This document shows, in pieces, positions 1-12,689 of a stretch of 64,000 nucleotides of DNA. The translations under genes were made by a program, and so were the position numbers. The DNA lies in the NCBI RefSeq assembly GCF_018977255.1, contig NW_024704743.1, forward strand, positions 23,624,001-23,688,000, read 5' to 3'. The notes beneath the pieces are model-generated. The model was given only the letters and a program-made list of their open reading frames with translations. It did no database searches and had not been told where the DNA came from. Numbering within the stretch: the stretch's first letter is position 1; the number at the start of each line of letters is the position of its first letter. This DNA comes from Callorhinchus milii. Taxonomy: Eukaryota.

Positions 1-844
1 TGTGCCGAAGTCCAGGGGCAGGGGAGCAGCATTGACACCAACCTTTAGTAACAGGTTGGATACTGTGATGTTTCTTAGTGGATTTGATGTGATAGCATTG
101 AATTTGTTAAGAAGCATTGGAATTTTCATAATTAACCTCTGGGTAAATAAATACTTCACGGTGTCAGTCCTGAAATTTCTGAGCATTCAAAAGTATTGTT
201 CTGAGTTAATGTTCTGAATCCCATCCCATTAAAATTATTATAAACTTCTATAAATTCCCTTCTCAAACATCTCCTTTCAGGTATGAAGAGCCTTAGGTTG
301 CCTAATCTATGATCATTTTAATTTAGGTTCCTCACCCTGAGCAATAACTCATTCCTATCGGTTTGTTCAATGATATCATCAGCACATACCATTGAATGGA
401 AAGCTTAAAAATCTAATGATGAAAAGGATCAGAAAATATTCTTTGCATTTTGGGGTGGGGGGGCAAATGAGTAATGATGATGAAACCCACACTGTGAAGT
501 CAAAAAGAAAACGTAACTAAAGAAGCTGTTAGTGTCAGCAATTCCAGGCAGAGAATTATTTTACCTTTTTCCATGCTTTGATGATGGATTAATACCACCC
601 ATAAAGCAAAAACACCTGCATACCTTCTCAGGCATTGTACAGCTGATGACATACAAAGATGAAAGCTCCTGCAGACCTGGAGATGATTGTTTCTGTTTGA
701 TATTTCTTTCTGCATTACTAATTTTCTCCCTTCAGCTGCTTTCCCTGAAGGATTTTGGCTTGTTTTTCTTTTTACTGGATCAAGATTCCATGGATGTTGG
801 TTCCTGTCTGGTATCTTGCCCAAGTCACCTTTATTTATGCGTGG

Positions 845-1200
845 ATTAGAGATATTTAAGAGGGAACCCAACAGAGATGTTTAAATTATAAAAGAGTTAT
901 GAATGTAAGCTTAGCATAAATAGGCTGTTGTTGGGGAGTCTGTAACCAGAGCATGCAAGTATAAGATAGTGACTAGAGGATCTAGTAGAGGATCTAGGAG
1001 GAACTACTTCACACAGAGGATAGTGAGATTGTGGATCTCGTTACCTGAAATGGTGGTTGAAGCACATAGTACAGATGCATTTAAGAGAAAGCCAGACCTT
1101 CACATGAGGGAGAAGGATATAGAAGAGTTCGGGAGGGAGTAAGGAATGGGCGGAGATTCACGTGGAGTATAATCACCATCATGGACGGTTGGGCCGAATC
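845..1200 (+). mobile_element. CR1 LINE 3' fragment (degenerate)
   Basis: Decayed RT C-terminus (AGGAGGAACTACTTCACACAGAGGATAGTGAGATTGTGG, RRNYFTQRIVRLW) followed by a 3' UTR; same family as 58560-58945. Confidence 0.8.
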
Positions 1201-1883
1201 TTTAAAATGTAGTGCACAGATACAGAAGGTTACCAAAAAGGCTAATGCAATGTTGGCATTTATCACAAAGGGGCTAGAATACAAGAGTTAATAAGTGATG
1301 TTACAGGTGTATAAAACACTGGTTAGACCTCATTTGGAGTAATGTGTGCAGTTTGGGGCACTAAATCATAGGAAGGATATTTTGGCTGTAGAGAGTGTGC
1401 AGCATTGATTTACTACAATGATTCCTACAGTCAAGGTCCTAAATTATGATCAAAGAATGGAAACACTTGTATTCTCTTGACTTCAGAAGGTGAGGGGTGA
1501 TCTGTTTGAGGTACATTATATTATGAAGTGATTTGACAGGGTGAATAGTGAGCAGCTGTTTTCCCTGGCTAGAGAATTGAGGACGGAAGGCCGACATTTT
1601 AAACTTGAAGCTAAACAGCGTAGAAGTGAAATAAGGAATTATTTTTTTCACGCAGCGGGTGGCAGGAGAGTGGAATTTGCTGCCAAAAAGGGCAGTGGGG
1701 GCAGAGTCAGTGGAAGTATTTAAAAGGCAAGTAGATATATGTTTGATAGACAGTGGGATTAACGGATATGGAGAGAGGGTGGGGAGATGGCGTTGGGTTG
1801 CAAATCAGCCACCCTCTTCAAACATGGTGGGACACCTGGCTTCATGGCCTGAATGGCCTACGTTACTATGTTCCTGTATTCCT
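1201..1883 (+). mobile_element. CR1 LINE 3' fragment
   Basis: Translates with stops to KKANAMLAFITKGLEYKS..VYKTLVRPHLE*CVQF..RRNYFF, typical of the CR1 ORF2 C-terminus; ends in a GGCCTGAATGGCCT...TATGTTCCT tail. Confidence 0.9.
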
Positions 1884-3059
1884 TGCTGTACAGACTATGT
1901 AAATCTATGTTCTTCATGCAACATGTTGGCAGGATATTTGAATCCAAAAGGCATCAAAGCAAAGCCTGATCTTGTCCTTTCTTGGGTCCCTGAAATTCTC
2001 ATATTCTAAAGCTTAAGCTAATTGGCTTAAAAATTGAAGACTGTGCAAAAAATTGGGAAACAGTCTTAAACTAAACTTTCCACAAAACTGACAAAAAGGA
2101 AACTCAGCTGACAAATGAAGAATGTTTTCCAGAATCCCAGAAAATGGGAACCATCCTGTTCAACTGAAAATGTTAAAAATCTACAAAGCTGAAAAGCCCT
2201 GCCAACTTTGTTGTGTCATTTAGACTCTCTTTTAGTTCTGTTTTAATCAACCTCCTATCCTGGCATCAAATCTGCTTTCCTCTGCTCACTGTTCAAGCAA
2301 GAATACTACAACAACAACAACAACAACTTGCATTTATGTAGTACCCTTCACACGAAGTAGCGTCTCGGAGTGCTTGTTGTGAATCTATTGATTTTGTTTG
2401 CAATGTGCCTCCACTTTATCTGTATTCACTGAAGTCAATCTTTTACATTTAAGGGAGTAAATTCACTCAAAAGATCACAAGAGAGATTTGAATGAGGAAG
2501 ATGCTTTGGCAAAACCCGGCAGCCAATTGCTCGTAGCAGTGTCCTACAAACAGTCCTGAATTGAGTGACCAAATTATTTATTTATTTGTTTGTTTATTTT
2601 TTGTTTACTTTAAGTGTGCTGCCAGTCATTGTGTTTACTCTGATATATACAAATAGCACTTGGTTGTTTATTGAAGCCAATCACATAGGTCATGTGCATG
2701 GTCCAAAAGGCCACACAAGAGAGGTGGGTGAAGGGGCTGAGAATTCCACTCGTAGTTCAGAAAATTCGATCCACTTATCTTCTCTTAGTGACTCACTTTA
2801 GCTAGCAAGACAATCCCGTCAATCACATCTCCTGCTTTTTATTATATTCACACTGTAATCATACGTTTCATTTGTGATTGTTTCTTGTGAGCTGCCTTCT
2901 TGCACAAATGACTGCATGTTCACAATAAATTGCTGGTGGAAGGATGTTTGTTGCTGAAAATATTTATGCCAGAGATCAGACCACCAGAATAAAGAAATCT
3001 CGAAATACGTGTACAGTATTGTAATTTGCACATTTTGCATTGAAATAAAACAGTACTTT

Positions 3060-3300
3060 ATTGTATAATAATAATCATAATCCTTGCATTTGACATCATA
3101 CTTTATCACATCGTTGAGTTGTCTTAAAGTGTTTCACAGAATATACTATAAAATTAATTGACTATAATTCCAGCTGTGCACAGCAGTGTCCCACAAACAG
3201 TCGTGGATTGAGTGACCACATTTTTTTATTATTTTATTACTTTTTGTGAACGGATTATTGCCCCTGGAAAGCAAACCATTAACTAATAGAAGCAACAACT
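3060..3300 (-). mobile_element. tRNA-derived SINE, 3' part
   Basis: (AAT)n tail, CCTTGCATTTGA and GCAGTGTCCCACAAACAGTCGTGGATTG match the full-length copy at 12767-13156 in reverse. Confidence 0.8.
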
Positions 3301-3869
3301 GAGTTTGAAGAGATTGTTTGTTGTGCTGTTAATTATTTTGTCTATTTGTTTTGGTCTGTGGGTTGTTTAAAATAGTAGGGATTACACTACACTCAGTTCG
3401 TCCTCCCCTATCATCTAAAACTACCTTCCTTTACTACTCTGTCTTGCTCTCTCTCTTTCTGTCTTTAAGTTCCACCGCAACCCTACCTTTTTTTTAGTGT
3501 GCTTATGGCCACTGCTCCCCCCCCATCCCGCTCTGTGTCTAACCTCCTGCCTGTTAAGCATTCCTAGACATTACTCCTTTAAAGGGAATTATCGCCCACA
3601 AATATATGGTCAATTCACTTTACAGTATATTCTGTGAAGTGCTTTGAGACGTCGAGATGACATGAAAAAGCGCTATATCAAATGCAAGGATTATTATTTA
3701 TATTATTATATAAATGTTGTTTGCTGGACTAGTAACTGCTATTGGTATTTTAGATTCACCTCAGAGATTTCAGCGCCTTGGGACGTCCTCCGGCCGTGGA
3801 AGGCGCCACACCAATGCAATTTTGTATTGTATTGAGTTCACAATCTAAGATTACACGTTATTGGAGTAT

Positions 3870-4170
3870 TGGGAAGTGTTGTATTATTAGAGGTGCCATC
3901 TTTTGGATGAGATGTTAAATTACACCAAGTCTTCTTGCTCAGGTGCTTGTTAAAGATCTCATCATACTATTGATAAAAGAAGGGAGTTTCTCAAAGTGTC
4001 CTGGCTGGCAATACCCCAAAGAGAAAAAAAATGGTCTTTCATTTCATGGCTGTTTGTGGGACAATACTGTGTGCAAATTGGCTATCATGTTTGCCTACAC
4101 AGTCACTTCACTTCACAGAAGCATTTTGACATGTTAAGGTGCTATATCAAATGCAGGTACTAATATTATA
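3870..4170 (+). mobile_element. Deu-domain SINE fragment
   Basis: GAGGTGCCATCTTTTGGATGAGATGTTAAA...GTTAAAGATCTCAT...GGCTGTTTGTGGGAC...CAAATTGGCT, the Deu-domain motif order. Confidence 0.75.
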
Positions 4171-4678
4171 AAGTGTTGCTGATAAAGACCAACACTTGAT
4201 AGTCTCCATCAGAGTAAGACAATGAATATCCAGTTCTATTTCCCTGATTCACTTTCATGATTGTGATCAAACACTTCTATGGCATATAATGTCCTTGCTG
4301 GTGTACGAAGGTGGTTCCAGTAATCCCTGAAATTAGGTTTGGGAAGTTTGGATTTTATTGTGGAGCGCAGTTCCATTGAATTGACATGACATACCTGTAA
4401 CTACCAGAAGCAGTCCCCATTTTTGACCAGGAGCCTTTATCAAGGATTCTCAAAAGCAATCACTGCAATTTGGATCACAATATTCCAAAAGTGGCCTCAA
4501 TAGCGATTTAACTAAAGGTTAAAATGGCTTTTTCTATCTTATAAATGCCTTCATGATGTATCTACTGCTTGACTTGCCTTGTGATGATACTGTCATTTCA
4601 CTAGAAACAAACCATTCAGGAGGAAGACATTCAGTCTATCAAAACCATTTCATTTCACCTGATTTAGATTTTGGCAGA

Positions 4679-4940
4679 ACTAGTCATTTCCAAATCCTTT
4701 TCTGTCTCCACCTCTTCTCCACTCCTTCGAAGTGTTCACCAATTCTCTTAGTGTATCATTTGTTTAGCTTCCTTGGTGACCCATTGGGTTAACCATGCAA
4801 ACTGGAAATGTTATATATCTGGCTTATATCATGATCTATGCTAAGTTGGCTCAATTGTGCCAGTTGGAGTGCTACAGTTGGCCTCAGGACTAGTCATTTC
4901 CAAGTCCTTTCTGTCATCACCTCATATCTGCCCCTTCATC
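4679..4940 (+). repeat. Local ~50-bp direct repeat (4679-4730 and 4889-4940)
   Basis: ACTAGTCATTTCCAAATCCTTTTCTGTCTCCACCTC versus ACTAGTCATTTCCAAGTCCTTTCTGTCATCACCTC; the second copy interrupts an AmnSINE2-like fragment (~4830-5005). Confidence 0.7.
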
Positions 4941-5204
4941 ATGTCCTGTGTTCAACCCTGGGTTTGGGAGAAGACATCAGTCAGGTTTCCTGTTCCTGAG
5001 ACCCATAATTCCTCTTAGACTTAAAATATTTTTTGCTTCAAATTTAAGATTGTGTAGAACTGCAGAAAATTCTTAGGTTCAGTCTTGTAAACCAGTTCTT
5101 TTTGAGAACTGTGTAAAATATGCTGAATTTAAGAAGAATTCTTCTGCAATTCTGCGTGGTCTTAAGTTTGAATGCAAAGTGGTCAAACAGGCTATGTCAG
5201 GGCG

Positions 5205-5870
5205 GAGTTTTGAGTTTTGAGCGAGGCAAAGGGACTGTGGGATGGAGTTCCAGATTGTGGGGGCAGAGAGGCTGAAAGCTTGGCCATGGATGGTAGGGCT
5301 GGAGACATGAAGCAGTCCAGAGCCCGCTGAACGGAGGAAGCGAGCAGGTTGGTAGGGAGTCAGCAGGTCAGAGAGGTAGGAGGGGGCAAGGCCATGGATG
5401 GCCTTGAAATTGAGGACGAGGATCTTGAATTTGATTCTCTGAGGGATGGGGAGCCAGTGAAGTCGGGCGAGAATGGGAGTGATGGGTTCACGGAGCTTCG
5501 GCTCGGTAACTCCCTTCCTCACTCCCTTCGCCTCGCCCCCTCTCTTCCCACGTTCAGGTCTCGGCTGAAGACCTTTCTTTTCGACCGCGCCTTTGGTCAC
5601 CTTCCTCCCCCTCCCCCCGGCTCGGCCCTGGGATCCATTACTGTGAAGCGCTCTGAGACACCGTCCGGCGTGGAGGACCCTATTATAAATCCAAGTTGTT
5701 GTTGTTGTTGTTGCTTGGTGTGCGAGAGTACACAAGCTGCAGAGTTTGGGATGATCGGCAGCTTGTGAAAGGAAGAGTTGGGAAGGCCGATGAGGAGGGA
5801 GTTTCCGTATTCGAGCCTTGATGTGACAAATGAGTGGGTGAGGGTTTCGGCAGCCTGAGGGGTGAGGCAC
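5205..5870 (-). mobile_element. L2 LINE fragment interrupted by a second L2
   Basis: Encodes PITPILARLHWLPIPQRIKFKILVL..AIHGLAPSYLSDLL (L2 RT C-terminus); host sequence resumes at 5717 after the insert. Confidence 0.9.
5499..5712 (+). mobile_element. L2 3' end inserted antisense into another L2
   Basis: NSLPHSLRLAPSLPTFRSRLKTFLF, 3' hairpin and (GTT)n tail; GCTT duplicated at 5495-5498 and 5713-5716. Confidence 0.9.
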
Positions 5871-6958
5871 CCCTAGAACAGCAAAAAGCGGATGTCAAAC
5901 GCCTTCACTGTAAGCGGAGAAAAATTGGCACAGAAAGAAATATAAAGGCTACTTCTATTATTAAGCCCAGATGTCGAATTAGTCTGTATCACTATTGCTG
6001 TCTGTCTCCCTTAGACACGTCTTGCAGCCACTTAATACTAAAAGTTCATCCAAATAAGAAGATCTAATATAAATTCCGTCTTTCACTCATTGAAAACAAA
6101 CTTAAACTTTAACAAGAATAAAGAAATACATTGATTTCTTGATTTAAAAAAATAACTAGAATGTACTATTTGATGAAAACCATGTTACTTTGAGTTGTCT
6201 CTTTCTTCTAACTTGTACACTAGGATTTTCTATAGGACCAGTCCTCAGTGTTCATTCTAAACCCTCCAAAGATGTGCAAAAACAGTGAGTTCTGTGAAAA
6301 CGCCAGGTATAAAGATATAAAGCATACAGTTGAGTCTCAACAGATACAGCTACAGTGGCAGTCAGAAACATCAACCGACAGTGGGAAAGTATTTCATTGT
6401 TGGCCTGGTACTTGGTACAGACTGGGGGCTCATCAATGCAGCAGGAAAGCGCAGCAACAAAGGATTGGATGCAGCAGAACTGAAGGAGGGCAGATGAAGG
6501 GAGGAACATCGTGTTCCTGGTAAGATGATGAATTGCTTTGTTTTTCGGCTCATCAAGAATTGTAAAGTTCTGTGCCACAGGCCTGGTGGTGGGCGGAATT
6601 CTCCAGCCCAGCCTCTTATTACCTCTGAAACGAAATTTCCTTGTAAAGCTTCTCGTTTATAAACCTCTCGTCTATGGGTATGGGTTAGACCAGTCCAAAG
6701 AAACTCCTAAGGATGAGGGATGACCACTTATATATTGGAGAAGCTGAGGCAAGGGACCAAGATCAAAGTACACAAAAACCACATAAGGTCTCATGTTGAG
6801 CTTTGTTGCCCGCCAGGAAGCATCTCAAGGTGTTCTTGTTACCTACCATCCATCCAGTGAATGCACAAACCGAACTTATCTGATGTCAAATGGCCAACTC
6901 GTGACTATCCTCCTTTAGGGGGAGATAAGCAGGGTCTCCTTGGAGCTGAACTGGCTCT

Positions 6959-7909
6959 ACAACAACAACAACAACAACAAGATTCCATTTATAGAGTGCC
7001 TTTCACGTCGGGAGGACGTCCCAAGGCGCTGGACAGTTGGGTCAGGACCCGAGCAGGGGGGAAATGGTCAGGGTGAGGGAAGGGAGGGAGTGAGGAGGGG
7101 GGAAATGGTCAGGGTGAGGGGAGGGAAGGGAGAGGGCGAGGAGGGGGTAGAGAGTTGAGAGGGGAGCTGAAGGCACGGTCAAAGAAAAAGGTCTTGAGAC
7201 CGGCCTTGAAGGAGGAAAGGGAGGAAGCAAGGCGAAGGCACTGGGGGATAGAGTTCCAGAGCCTCGGGGCTGAGAGGCTGAAGGCCCGGCCACCGATGGT
7301 AGGGCGGTTGGGGCGGGGGATGTGGAGCAGACCGGAACCAGAGGAACAGAGGGTACGGGCAGGTAGATAGGGGAATAGTAGGTCAGAGAGGTAGGAGGGA
7401 GCAAGGCCGTGAATGGCCTTGTAGGTGAGGATAAGGATCTTGAATTCGATCCTCTGGGGGATGGGGAGCCAGTGGAGGCGAGCGAGGGTGGGAGTGATGT
7501 GGTCGCGAAGTCTGGTGCGAGACAATACATGAGCTGCAGAGTTCTGAATGACCTGCAGCTTGTGGAGGGAGGTGCCGGGAAGGCCGGCGAGGAGAGAGTT
7601 CCCATAGTCCAGCCTTGAGGTGATAAAGGTGTGGACCAGAGTTTCAGGAGCGTGAGGGGTGAGGTAGTGCCGTAGTCTGGCGATGTTTCGGAGGTGATGG
7701 AAGGCAATGCCAATTGTGGCGCGGATATGAGGAAGAAAGGACAGCTCAGGGTCGAACAGAACCCCGAGGTTCCTGACCGGCTTTGAGAGGTGGAGAGTGC
7801 AGTCTTGAATGCTGATGCTGTCAGCGCCTGAGGTGCGGAGGCGCTGACGTGAGCCAATCAGGAGGGCCTCAGTATTACGCACGTTGAGCTGAAGAAAGTT
7901 GTCTCTCTC
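6959..7909 (-). mobile_element. Young 5'-truncated L2 LINE
   Basis: (CAA)n tail at 6959-6980; uninterrupted RT C-terminal frame (NFLQLN..TE, VRNLGVLFD, FITSRLDYGNSLL, LHWLPIPQRIEFK, PRLWNSIP) within ORF 7109-8020. Confidence 0.97.
7109..7900 (-). pseudogene. L2 ORF2 reverse transcriptase C-terminal fragment (open frame, no start)
   Basis: About 264 codons without a stop. The first ~40 aa of the called ORF (7900-8020) are flanking sequence and not L2. Confidence 0.9.
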
Positions 7910-8585
7910 AGGTGACATATTTGGCAACATAGCTTCGGAATCGAACCAGCCCTCTGTTGTGATCTGGTATTCGGTTCCACACGAGTCAGCAGTATTCCAG
8001 GGCACAGCTAATGACAGCAAAGCCAGCTGGGCTCATCGGCAGGACCTGCGAAGGCAGACCACTCACTGGGGCAGGAAGACATCCCATCCAGCTTTTGTAA
8101 ACCAAAGCCCTAGCGGGTCGGGTGGACCTAACTGAACAAGCAGCTGGAATGCTTTCCAGACAGTGCTCTCAATGGCAAGCTATGTGGTTTTAGCAAGTTA
8201 GAATCTTGAGGTACCCCAAAGCACATTCTGAGGTCTCCAAGCCTTGGCTCTTGCCAACCTGTGCCTTTTACTTTCCGGAATTAGGTAAGCAGGATGCATC
8301 CCGCCAGGATGCACATTCCATTCCAACAATCTATCCCTGGAATTTCCATGTGTAGGTGGGATGTATGGACATCTCAATTTGGTTTGGATACTCTTAAAGA
8401 TGATGATGGGATTCTAATTGTGTCAGACATCTGGCTGACCATAAGGTTGAACAGAATAGGAATAATACAAGTTATCAACAACTTGCATTTATATAGCACC
8501 TTGATGCACAAGAGCATCCCAGAGCACAGGAGAGTGGTGGGGTTGGACACCAAACAAGTCAGTTACAGATAGATAAACTCCAAAA

Positions 8586-8668
8586 CTTACTGGCTGCATT
8601 GAAGCATGGGAAGAGCATAGTCTTGATCCGTCGACGCATGCGCAGAAGAACTTAATTTCCCGTGGTAA
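8586..8668 (+). repeat. Short palindromic repeat unit, also present at 11210-11426
   Basis: GACGCATGCGCAGAAGAACTT(A/T)ATTTCCCG and GGCTGCATTGAA are shared with 11215-11326. Confidence 0.75.
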
Positions 8669-10239
8669 AGGAGGTGAGATAGAGGTGAGGGGTGAGTTAA
8701 ATGAAAAGCTGGTTCAGGTTGCAGCAAACCTTTCCAAGCATATTGATTCCAGCATCAATGGGGTATGCAATTCAGCCAATGTACATTCAAACTATAGACT
8801 TGATTGAAAGTTTTTCACACTTTTTTTCAGCATCTAAAGCAGTCAATGAACAAATGGAGTTACAGATATCTCTGCAGTGTGTTCAATTTAACATTTGAAC
8901 TATGGTGCTAATAGATCAAGAGAATGGGACTAAATGGATATCTCTTTCAGAGAGCCAGCACATGCATGATGGACCAATTTGCCTTTTTCTACGGTTCTCA
9001 TAAGGGAAAGTGTGTGGATGCATGATAAATGTTTTAGGTTTTTTCCTCCAAAAAAATTATAATTTCTTCTAAATTCATCACTGTTAAAAATAATAAAGAG
9101 ATGAATTATTTGGCAGTTCTATACGAGTATTTTTCAGAAACCATTTAAAACGCTTGGCCAGGAAGGAGAGATTTTATAGATTTATTTGCAGTTTCTGCCC
9201 AAGTAATCACAGCACAGATTGCACGAAAGGTTAAATGCAATGGCATTGGTGCTAAAGGATTCCTTTGTGCTGTTTTACTGACTGATTTTATCTAGCGCTG
9301 AGCAAACACTGAATTTGTTAATCTGCATTGGGCTGCAATAAAAGGAAGAGATGTGAAATTGCTGTATCTGCAAATGCCATTGCTTGTTAGAAGAACCAAC
9401 AACAACCCCTGACAATGTCACACCTCTCCTCAGCTGGTGATCCTCATTCGGAGCAGTATTGTGTCATTTTACAAAGTATGCTGCAGTAAAAAATACATTG
9501 TGGGGAACAAAGGGAAGTGAAAGATTTCCTTAGAATGTAGGAATGCAAAGTTGAGTACAGTCTCCACAGGTGACACCCACAAATGCCTATTTTTCAGTAG
9601 GGATTACTGGACAGCGATCAATAGTGTAGCATCACCTTGCTTCATTTCCTCTCTCTTTCGCTCTCTCTCTCTATTCCCCCCCTCCATGGCCTGGGCTCAG
9701 TTGGCTCAGTTCAGGCCATGAGAATGTTTATTAAAAAAAATAAGGAATATGATTAAAGATGACATGGGTTACACCACCACACTTGATTTCCTGGGGAACA
9801 TTCTGCACAGGTATTCTGTGTACGCTAACAGTAATCAAGCAAAAAAAAATCCCAACTATGCATTCATCTTTATATCCCACTATTTGTCCTTCGCCTCTTT
9901 TCCGTCACAGATAACATTTGTTCCTCCTCCCCTGCCCAACATTAGTGACACAGGGAATATTGCATTCTTTGGAGTGTTTGTTCAAAATTCTCAGAATCAT
10001 TTGTCCCTCTTTAGACTTCTTCAATTGAAACATAGGCTCTCTAGTAACATCAGGGTTTAATGTGTTAACCATGTGTAAATGCATCCTTACAGAGAGTATT
10101 ATAATGATTTAATTAAGAACCAATTAAAAGGATTTGCAGAAGCACCTGGACATTCTTTAAATTGGTTAGTTGTATAGAGAAGGGCCCCTTCATTCCCCCT
10201 GTATATATGTTTACACATGGTTGACACAATCTGCAAATT

Positions 10240-10480
10240 AGATCCCATAATCCATGCATTCAGCATTTTAAAGATCTGAATCATATCCCCTCTTAATCTC
10301 TTTTCCAATGTAAACCAACTTGGATCGGTGAGCCTCTCCTCATAACATACAGCTCTAAATCCTAGAAACATCCACTTAGGCTCCTTTCTGAACCCTCCCT
10401 GGGGCTCTTATGTCCTTTCGAAGGTTGGTCACTCAAAACTACATAGAATGTTGATAATGTGGTCTGATGAGTGATTAATA
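10240..10480 (-). mobile_element. CR1 LINE fragment
   Basis: Minus frame YEERL...FTLEKRLRGDMIQIFKML (CR1 RRLRGD motif). Confidence 0.8.
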
Positions 10481-11209
10481 TTTTATGACATAAATGTATG
10501 ATATAGTTTGAATAGTTTCTTCAATTAAAATAGCTTCATATTCAGCAGAACCGTCAGTAAATTACAAATTATAACTGGTTTGGTGACTGAATGACCTTCT
10601 GTTTCCTGTGTAAACAAAAAAGTGGCATTCACTGTTGCAATATTTCTCAGTGTAAACGATAGACAACATAACTGTTAGTCTTACATGTCATATTCAGTAT
10701 ATTTTCACGGTATTAGAATCAATGTCAACATCGATCAATTGTGCAAAAAAGAGGATATTTCAGGATTAGCCGACCTTTTCTTCCCTACACGTCTCAAATT
10801 ATTTGTCAATATTCATTCACATTTCATTAATACTACAGCAAGGAGTATTTGCTCACATGTCAATGTGTGAGCTTCGCAGTTGTGCTGATGCAGTCTGAAA
10901 ATGTTTGTAGAAGGCTCTTGTGATTGACGTTGTTGAAAATCACAATAGTGCTGTCCATTTGGAGATGAAAGGGGAACTGTGATATTGTACTAAATTAAAA
11001 GTTCCAATTTATTTGGGATTATTTGGGGATTTGCTCCTGGCAGGAAATGTGCTATCCAGTAAAACTCGCATATATAATCATATAATCGCCTAAATTGTAC
11101 GTTCACCTGAATCCCATTTAGTTTCCTATAAAAATCGTTCTTTGCGCTGCTCGTATTAATCACCTCCTAACTCATAACTTCGCTCCCCTACCATTCATTA
11201 CTCCCACAA

Positions 11210-11426
11210 TTACCGGCTGCATTGAATCACAGGAAATGATGTCCTGACCCATCGATGCCTGCGCACTTACTGGCCATCTACAATGAATGGTCTGTGGACG
11301 CATGCGCAGAAGAACTTTATTTCCCGCGATTCAATGTTATTCCAGGACTTGCCGGTATGTGCACATGAGGTGACGAGTCAAGACCATTGAATCGCAGGAA
11401 ATATAGTCTTGACTCTTCATCTCATG
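11210..11426. repeat. Compound palindromic element (two hairpins)
   Basis: 11220-11237 pairs with 11319-11336 (16/18); 11364-11384 pairs with 11406-11426 (19/21). Confidence 0.8.
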
Positions 11427-11569
11427 AAGTGACAAACTATTGCATGCACACTTACCGACTGCATTACGTATGCACAATGTAGATTATTGATTAAATTGGA
11501 TTTTATGCCACTTACACAGTTTGCCTGCAACTCAGACTTTGCATAAATCATATTAAACTGACTTCCGCT

Positions 11570-11895
11570 ACTGGAATCCTGTAGTGTATGGGTTAGAGCA
11601 GGGCGAAACCTTAGGAAAGTTTCATTGCTCCACACTTCTCTTTTTACCTAGCCATAAGTAGGAACCCGGTATTCAGTCGATTGGTGGATCGATTTTCCGG
11701 GTCTAATAAGCCCTTAAAAAAATGTGCTCACTCAATCTACAACTGTTTGTAGGACACTGCTGCGTGCAATTACCTGCCGGGTTTCGCCCACAAAATACAG
11801 TCGATTCACTTCACAGTATATTCTGTGAAGCACTTTGAGACGTCTCAACGATGTGAAAAGGCACTATATCAAATGCAAGTATTATTATATATATT
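11570..11895 (+). mobile_element. tRNA-derived SINE (head partly deleted)
   Basis: Same body and (ATT)n tail as 12767-13156. Confidence 0.85.
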
Positions 11896-12689
11896 ATGAA
11901 ATCTTATGGTCCCAACTGTACAATTTATGTAAGTTTTGCTGTATAAGTGTAAATTGTACTGTGTTTGTTGTATTTCCTTTGCATGTTTTGCATTTTTTAA
12001 TTCACTTTGAAATACGAATGGACAAACGTTATAAATTCAATTCAGTTCAAAAGTGCTCCCAATAGGAGGGCTGGGCCTGTTCAGAGCGACAACATAGTAT
12101 CACTGGTGTATAGGTGGCTTAGTGCTGTGTTGATGGCTCAGTGCATTAACAATGTCACTGCAAAACAGAATGCAATAGACAGGTCATTTGGAACAATGTT
12201 TTCTGTATTAAGAATAGGTGATGCTATTAGACTCGTAACGCTGTTAGATTCTGTCACTGCTGGAGTGTTTTATACATTAGTCATTGTGTTGTGCATTAGA
12301 TAAAGATATCGCTGTTATTCATTGTCACACCTTAAGAAAAGAAATCTATTTTATATGTTTTATGTCAGTTTCATATAAGAACAGATCTACAATACCTGTT
12401 ACTTGCTGTCACATGTTGATAACCTCTTATTTTTGGCATCGCACTGATGGTGAGACTATTGCAAAACATGAAATAATTGAAAACATTCTAGTTGCATGAT
12501 TCTCAAAGAAATAAATAGATATGCTAAAGGTTCCTGATGAAGTTATTGGAAATCATACAAGCCTGACTGTCTTCAGAGAGCGTAGTTTAAACAGAATAGA
12601 TTGTTGAGTTGTCATGACTAGGAAGGGGCATTTTTGGTCTAAACTTAAAGGCAGTGAGTGGGCCTTTGGAATGGTTTAAACAGTAAATG

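Larger units (their letters stand above)
6918..8450 (+). mobile_element. RTE-like element 5' region, split by an L2 insertion (6959-7909)
   Basis: GGAGCTGAACTGGCTC continues after the L2 as AGGTGACATATTTGGCAAC, matching the uninterrupted copy at 51087-51123; downstream ISMCRWDVWT resembles the APE N-terminal xWNVRT motif. Confidence 0.6.

Noticed and set aside
500..871. 123-aa minus-strand ORF as a gene
   Set aside because: Begins inside a CR1 fragment and has no recognisable domain.
7042..7857. Long Ser/Pro-rich ORFs (also 63430-63993, 63399-63737, 5349-5768, 20707-21114)
   Set aside because: Alternative-frame or antisense shadows of GC-rich L2 sequence.
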